A stretch of DNA of 64,000 bases from Candidatus Obscuribacterales bacterium (lineage in GTDB: Bacteria > Cyanobacteriota > Vampirovibrionia > Obscuribacterales > Obscuribacteraceae): positions 928,001 through 992,000 of the forward strand of contig CBDDIJ010000002.1 of the NCBI GenBank assembly GCA_965228855.1. The letters run 5' to 3'. Shown here piece after piece: positions 60,909-64,000 of the stretch; positions within the stretch are counted from its first letter, which is position 1; every line of letters starts with the position of its first letter. A program made the translations under genes and the position numbers. Below the pieces are notes generated by a model that was given only the letters and a program-made list of their open reading frames with translations, did not search any database and had not been told where the DNA came from.

Positions 60909-61391
60909 CATAGCCACGTAGCCAAATCGGGAATTTCGGAGCGTTACCTTGGCCGAGAGTGCTGCAAAAGCTGATAGCACAACGATTTGTGGACGCGTGC
61001 GGATATGAAAGCATATAGTAGAGAGTTTTGTCTACGCTACGCTGCCGGAATTTTGAAAAAGCGTCATGCCTACGCCGCCAAATCGGGATTTAAAGGCCTG
61101 GGCTTTTGAGAGGAAACCCCGTAAAGGCTCATCTGGGCTTTGATTCTGGCGAAGAGGATATATGCTGCCGTATAGTAGGAAGAGTCGGGAGAAGTAACGG
61201 GGGGCTCCGAAGAGCCTCCCGCTACCCGTTCCTGCATCAGCGGTTGGTGAGGATGCAGATGATGATGATGAGCAGAATGGTGACGAGGTCCATGCTCGTG
61301 TTCCTTCTCTACGCAGGTGTCGGCATCCGGCCGGCTTCGGTGAGCTAACGCGATGGCTAGCTCTGCCACCGAGAGTGGTGGCGGCGACGTC

Positions 61392-61724
61392 CTAAATCGT
61401 TCCGAACGCTCTGGCTATCGCCATCGAGCCCAGAACCAGCGAGGTCAGAATGATGAGCGCTGCCTTCTTGCCGAACCTGGCATAAAGGCGCTCAACAATC
61501 GACTTGTGCTGGTATTCCGGGTCGTGACGATGAATCAGCCACTTCACGATCGGATTGAGAGGACAACTCTGCAGATAAAGCTGCAGAGCTACGATCACGC
61601 CGAGGGTGGCGTAATACGCAAGCTCCGACATCCAGAGGCGCCCGAACAAAAGAACTGCTGCTGCCAGGGGCAGATGCAGAACATCGAGCGTCTTCCCCAG
61701 GAGCCAGCAGGCTCGGTTGAACAT
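61392..61724 (-). CDS. Small membrane protein (DUF2784-like)
   Basis: Hydrophobic helices with LH and CPL motifs; AAGGA RBS. Confidence 0.55.
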   Translation of the reverse strand: MFNRACWLLGKTLDVLHLPLAAAVLLFGRLWMSELAYYATLGVIVALQLYLQSCPLNPIVKWLIHRHDPEYQHKSIVERLYARFGKKAALIILTSLVLGSMAIARAFGTI

Positions 61725-61876
61725 CAGCAAATCCTTTCGAACTTTTGTGCGCACCCCTGAGAAGCGGCACGACCAGGCAAGCTTCACAGGTGAAACCGCG
61801 GTCGCCTGGCCTTAACGCTTCTCAGAGGCGCGCACGGGCGAGACTGCGCCAGGACTGGTCGAGTGCATCAGATGCA

Positions 61877-62293
61877 TCAACCGGTACCGGCGAAGTCTCG
61901 CGTGATTTCGACCTTACCGCGCAGCAGCAGGGAAAACAGCTCGTCTTTCGCGACTGCTCCCCGTGCCCCGGCTTCGACCATCAACTTGTTGAGCGAAGGC
62001 AGCCCGCTTATCCCGATTACTGGGATGCCGGCTGCCACCAGATACGAGGTCACTTCCGGCCCGTCGATGGGGCTGCCTTTGAGACGAAAGTCGACGAGCG
62101 CGAGCTCGTAGTCTCCGTCCCGCAACACCGTCTCGGCGCCATCTTCCGACATGAGAGTCAAACCGCTGCCATCGGGCGACAACCGCGCTCGCACGAACCA
62201 CGAAACGCCGTGATTCGTTTTCTCGAAGACGGTCATGAAAAGCTCGCCCAATACCAGGTCATCCTCGACGAAGAGGATTTTTTGTGACGGCAT
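61877..62293 (-). CDS. Single receiver-domain protein
   Basis: ILFVEDD, ALVDFRL, DGPE, GISG, VAK. Confidence 0.8.
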   Translation of the reverse strand: MPSQKILFVEDDLVLGELFMTVFEKTNHGVSWFVRARLSPDGSGLTLMSEDGAETVLRDGDYELALVDFRLKGSPIDGPEVTSYLVAAGIPVIGISGLPSLNKLMVEAGARGAVAKDELFSLLLRGKVEITRDFAGTG

Positions 62294-62330
62294 AGTGCCT
62301 CCCGTTTAGTGCGTGACGCAGGCGAGCTTC

Positions 62331-63155
62331 TCAGCTCGCACTGCGCCATTCCGCGTTCTGGTAGACGAACGTCTCGCCGTTGAAGACGAGTCGGAAGTCG
62401 TAGCCGAGGTAATCGGCAGCCTTCACGCAAGCCTGGAAACGGTCGCTGTAAAGACCCATGATGAGCGAGCCACCGCAGACGCGTGTGTCGATCGTCAGGT
62501 CGAGGCAGATGTCGCCGAGCTTGAGGTTGTTGGCCGGCGCCGGTTTGTCGCGGAAAACGACGTCCGCCTTCTTGATGGCGAAGTTGGCGCGGTCGTGCTC
62601 GCTGCCCTTGCGCAGCGGGATCCAGGTGGCGCGGAAGAGACGCAGCACCGAGAGCACAGCAGCGCGCACGGGGCGCACACGCTCTTCATCACCGACGCAC
62701 TTGTCCGCCAGCACGACGATCGCCCAAGCCGGGTCATCGAACGGCATTTTCAGCACGATCTGCGAGCGGTGGCAGGCGACGATGCGCGCGATCCGGTTGA
62801 TGACCGGGACGGGCAGCGTTTCGGTTTCGCCAGGCAGACGCAGCCGACCGAGGTAGCCCTTGGTCCACTTCGCGCCTGCTTTGGCGTGCTCGTCGACGTC
62901 GATCGCGCGACCGATGTCGTGAAGATATGCGGCGAGCGGCACGACAACGTCGGTCGTCCACTCGTCGAGAAAACCGGGCTTGCGCCCGTTCAGACCGGAC
63001 GAGATCTTCACGGCCAGGTCGCGGACCTGTTCGGCGTGATCGATGTCGTGCTTGGTCTGGTGTTGGCTGAGCTTGTCGCCGGCCGCATAGAGAGCGGAGA
63101 TTTCCGGATCCGAAAAGCACTGCGCAACAAGGAGTTTTGCTTTGATAAGCTCCAT
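62331..63155 (-). CDS. HD-domain phosphohydrolase
   Basis: HDIDHA, YLHDIG, EHA, ACH, LADK. Confidence 0.85.
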   Translation of the reverse strand: MELIKAKLLVAQCFSDPEISALYAAGDKLSQHQTKHDIDHAEQVRDLAVKISSGLNGRKPGFLDEWTTDVVVPLAAYLHDIGRAIDVDEHAKAGAKWTKGYLGRLRLPGETETLPVPVINRIARIVACHRSQIVLKMPFDDPAWAIVVLADKCVGDEERVRPVRAAVLSVLRLFRATWIPLRKGSEHDRANFAIKKADVVFRDKPAPANNLKLGDICLDLTIDTRVCGGSLIMGLYSDRFQACVKAADYLGYDFRLVFNGETFVYQNAEWRSAS

Positions 63156-63776
63156 AAGACACCTTCTGAGCCCTTTGGCTCACTGAATTGTTGTATAGGG
63201 AAGTTTCGTGTCCCAGAGACAACGCCGTTTAGGCACGTCATCCTGAACGCAACTCTCGGTAACCCGCTTGCTGTGACAGTCGCAACGAATTCGCAGAACA
63301 ACTACGCCGCCGAGACCAAGTGTGGTCAGAAATTCGGGGACGTCCAGAGTTCGGCGATACACACGGGAGCCCATTGTGCCTCGCGTATTACCACAGACCT
63401 TGGAAGGCTAGCTTCTCGATGGTGCTGTAGTGCGCGCGCTTTGGGTTTTCCGGGATTACCTTGTTTTTGATATGAGAGTCAGAAACACCTTCTGTGTACC
63501 AGTAATCGAAAAGTCATGACTAGTTACTTCTTGTAAATCTAAGCTCTTTACAGGAGGTAATTAGCGTTGTTTAATTCTTGGCGCCTCAATTAGCGCGGCT
63601 ATCGAGGGTCTTGCAGTATCAATTTCGCTCCCAATATTCGAGCTTGGCAAAGCGCTTGTCTGTTTAGTCTTCCGGGCAGAACATTGGTAGCAATAATCTC
63701 TGTCGAAGGACACTTCTTTCGATGAGTAGTTGGTAATATAGTTCTTCTCTCTCACCCAGGCTCTCTTTGCAATACC

Positions 63777-64000
63777 ATGACAAAAAGTTCTAAAGGTCCA
63801 AAACCAACTTCGACTGCCGGTCGACAACCCATTTCGCGCGCTGCTTCCAGCGCCAAGAGCAAAGGTGGGAAGGCTGCCACGAAGGCAAAACCGGCTGCGA
63901 AAACGAAGACAACCAGCAAGGTAACTGCTTCGAAAGCGAAAAAAGCGACGCCGACGAAGGTCAAGAAGGTTGTGAACCGGAGCACGAAAGTAGCTCCTAA
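63777..64000 (+). CDS. Lys/Ala/Thr-rich (histone H1-like) N-terminus, partial
   Basis: MTKSSKGPKPTSTAGRQ...KAATKAKPAAKTKTTSKVTASKAKK..., open to the window end. Confidence 0.6.
   Translation, partial: MTKSSKGPKPTSTAGRQPISRAASSAKSKGGKAATKAKPAAKTKTTSKVTASKAKKATPTKVKKVVNRSTKVAP

Larger units (their letters stand above)
59365..61178. repeat. About 157-bp tandem array (3 units) of the dispersed repeat, unit 2 split by IS110
   Basis: CTACTATA at 59365; TATAGTAG at 59593, 61014 and 61171. The period is 156-157 bp after removing the 1265-bp insert. Confidence 0.88.

Overview
64 kb bacterial window. The RNase P RNA looks cyanobacterial-type, there are no photosynthesis genes, and TPR/matrixin proteins are present, which suggests a non-photosynthetic cyanobacterial relative such as Vampirovibrionia/Melainabacteria (inference only). 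Housekeeping content: pth, citrate synthase, S1-domain protein, rnpB, trmD, rtcB, S41 protease, dapC-dapD-dapE, FTCD, DacB, an Aas-like gene pair and a two-component cluster. Highlights: (1) a retron-type reverse transcriptase fused to a C-terminal WYL-like domain, with a compact structured upstream region and no obvious effector gene; (2) a dispersed intergenic repeat family carrying CTACTATA/TATAGTAG motifs at about 8 loci; (3) an IS110 element inserted precisely into one of these repeats, whose left end carries readable bridge-RNA-like guides matching both the repeat target and its own circle junction; (4) an in-frame aconitase-malate dehydrogenase fusion next to citrate synthase; (5) an accessory operon with a duplicated LemA-like gene, membrane proteins and two SLOG-like genes; (6) an ethylene-receptor-like kinase with variant residues. 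All calls are by-eye motif recognition; no database searches were run.
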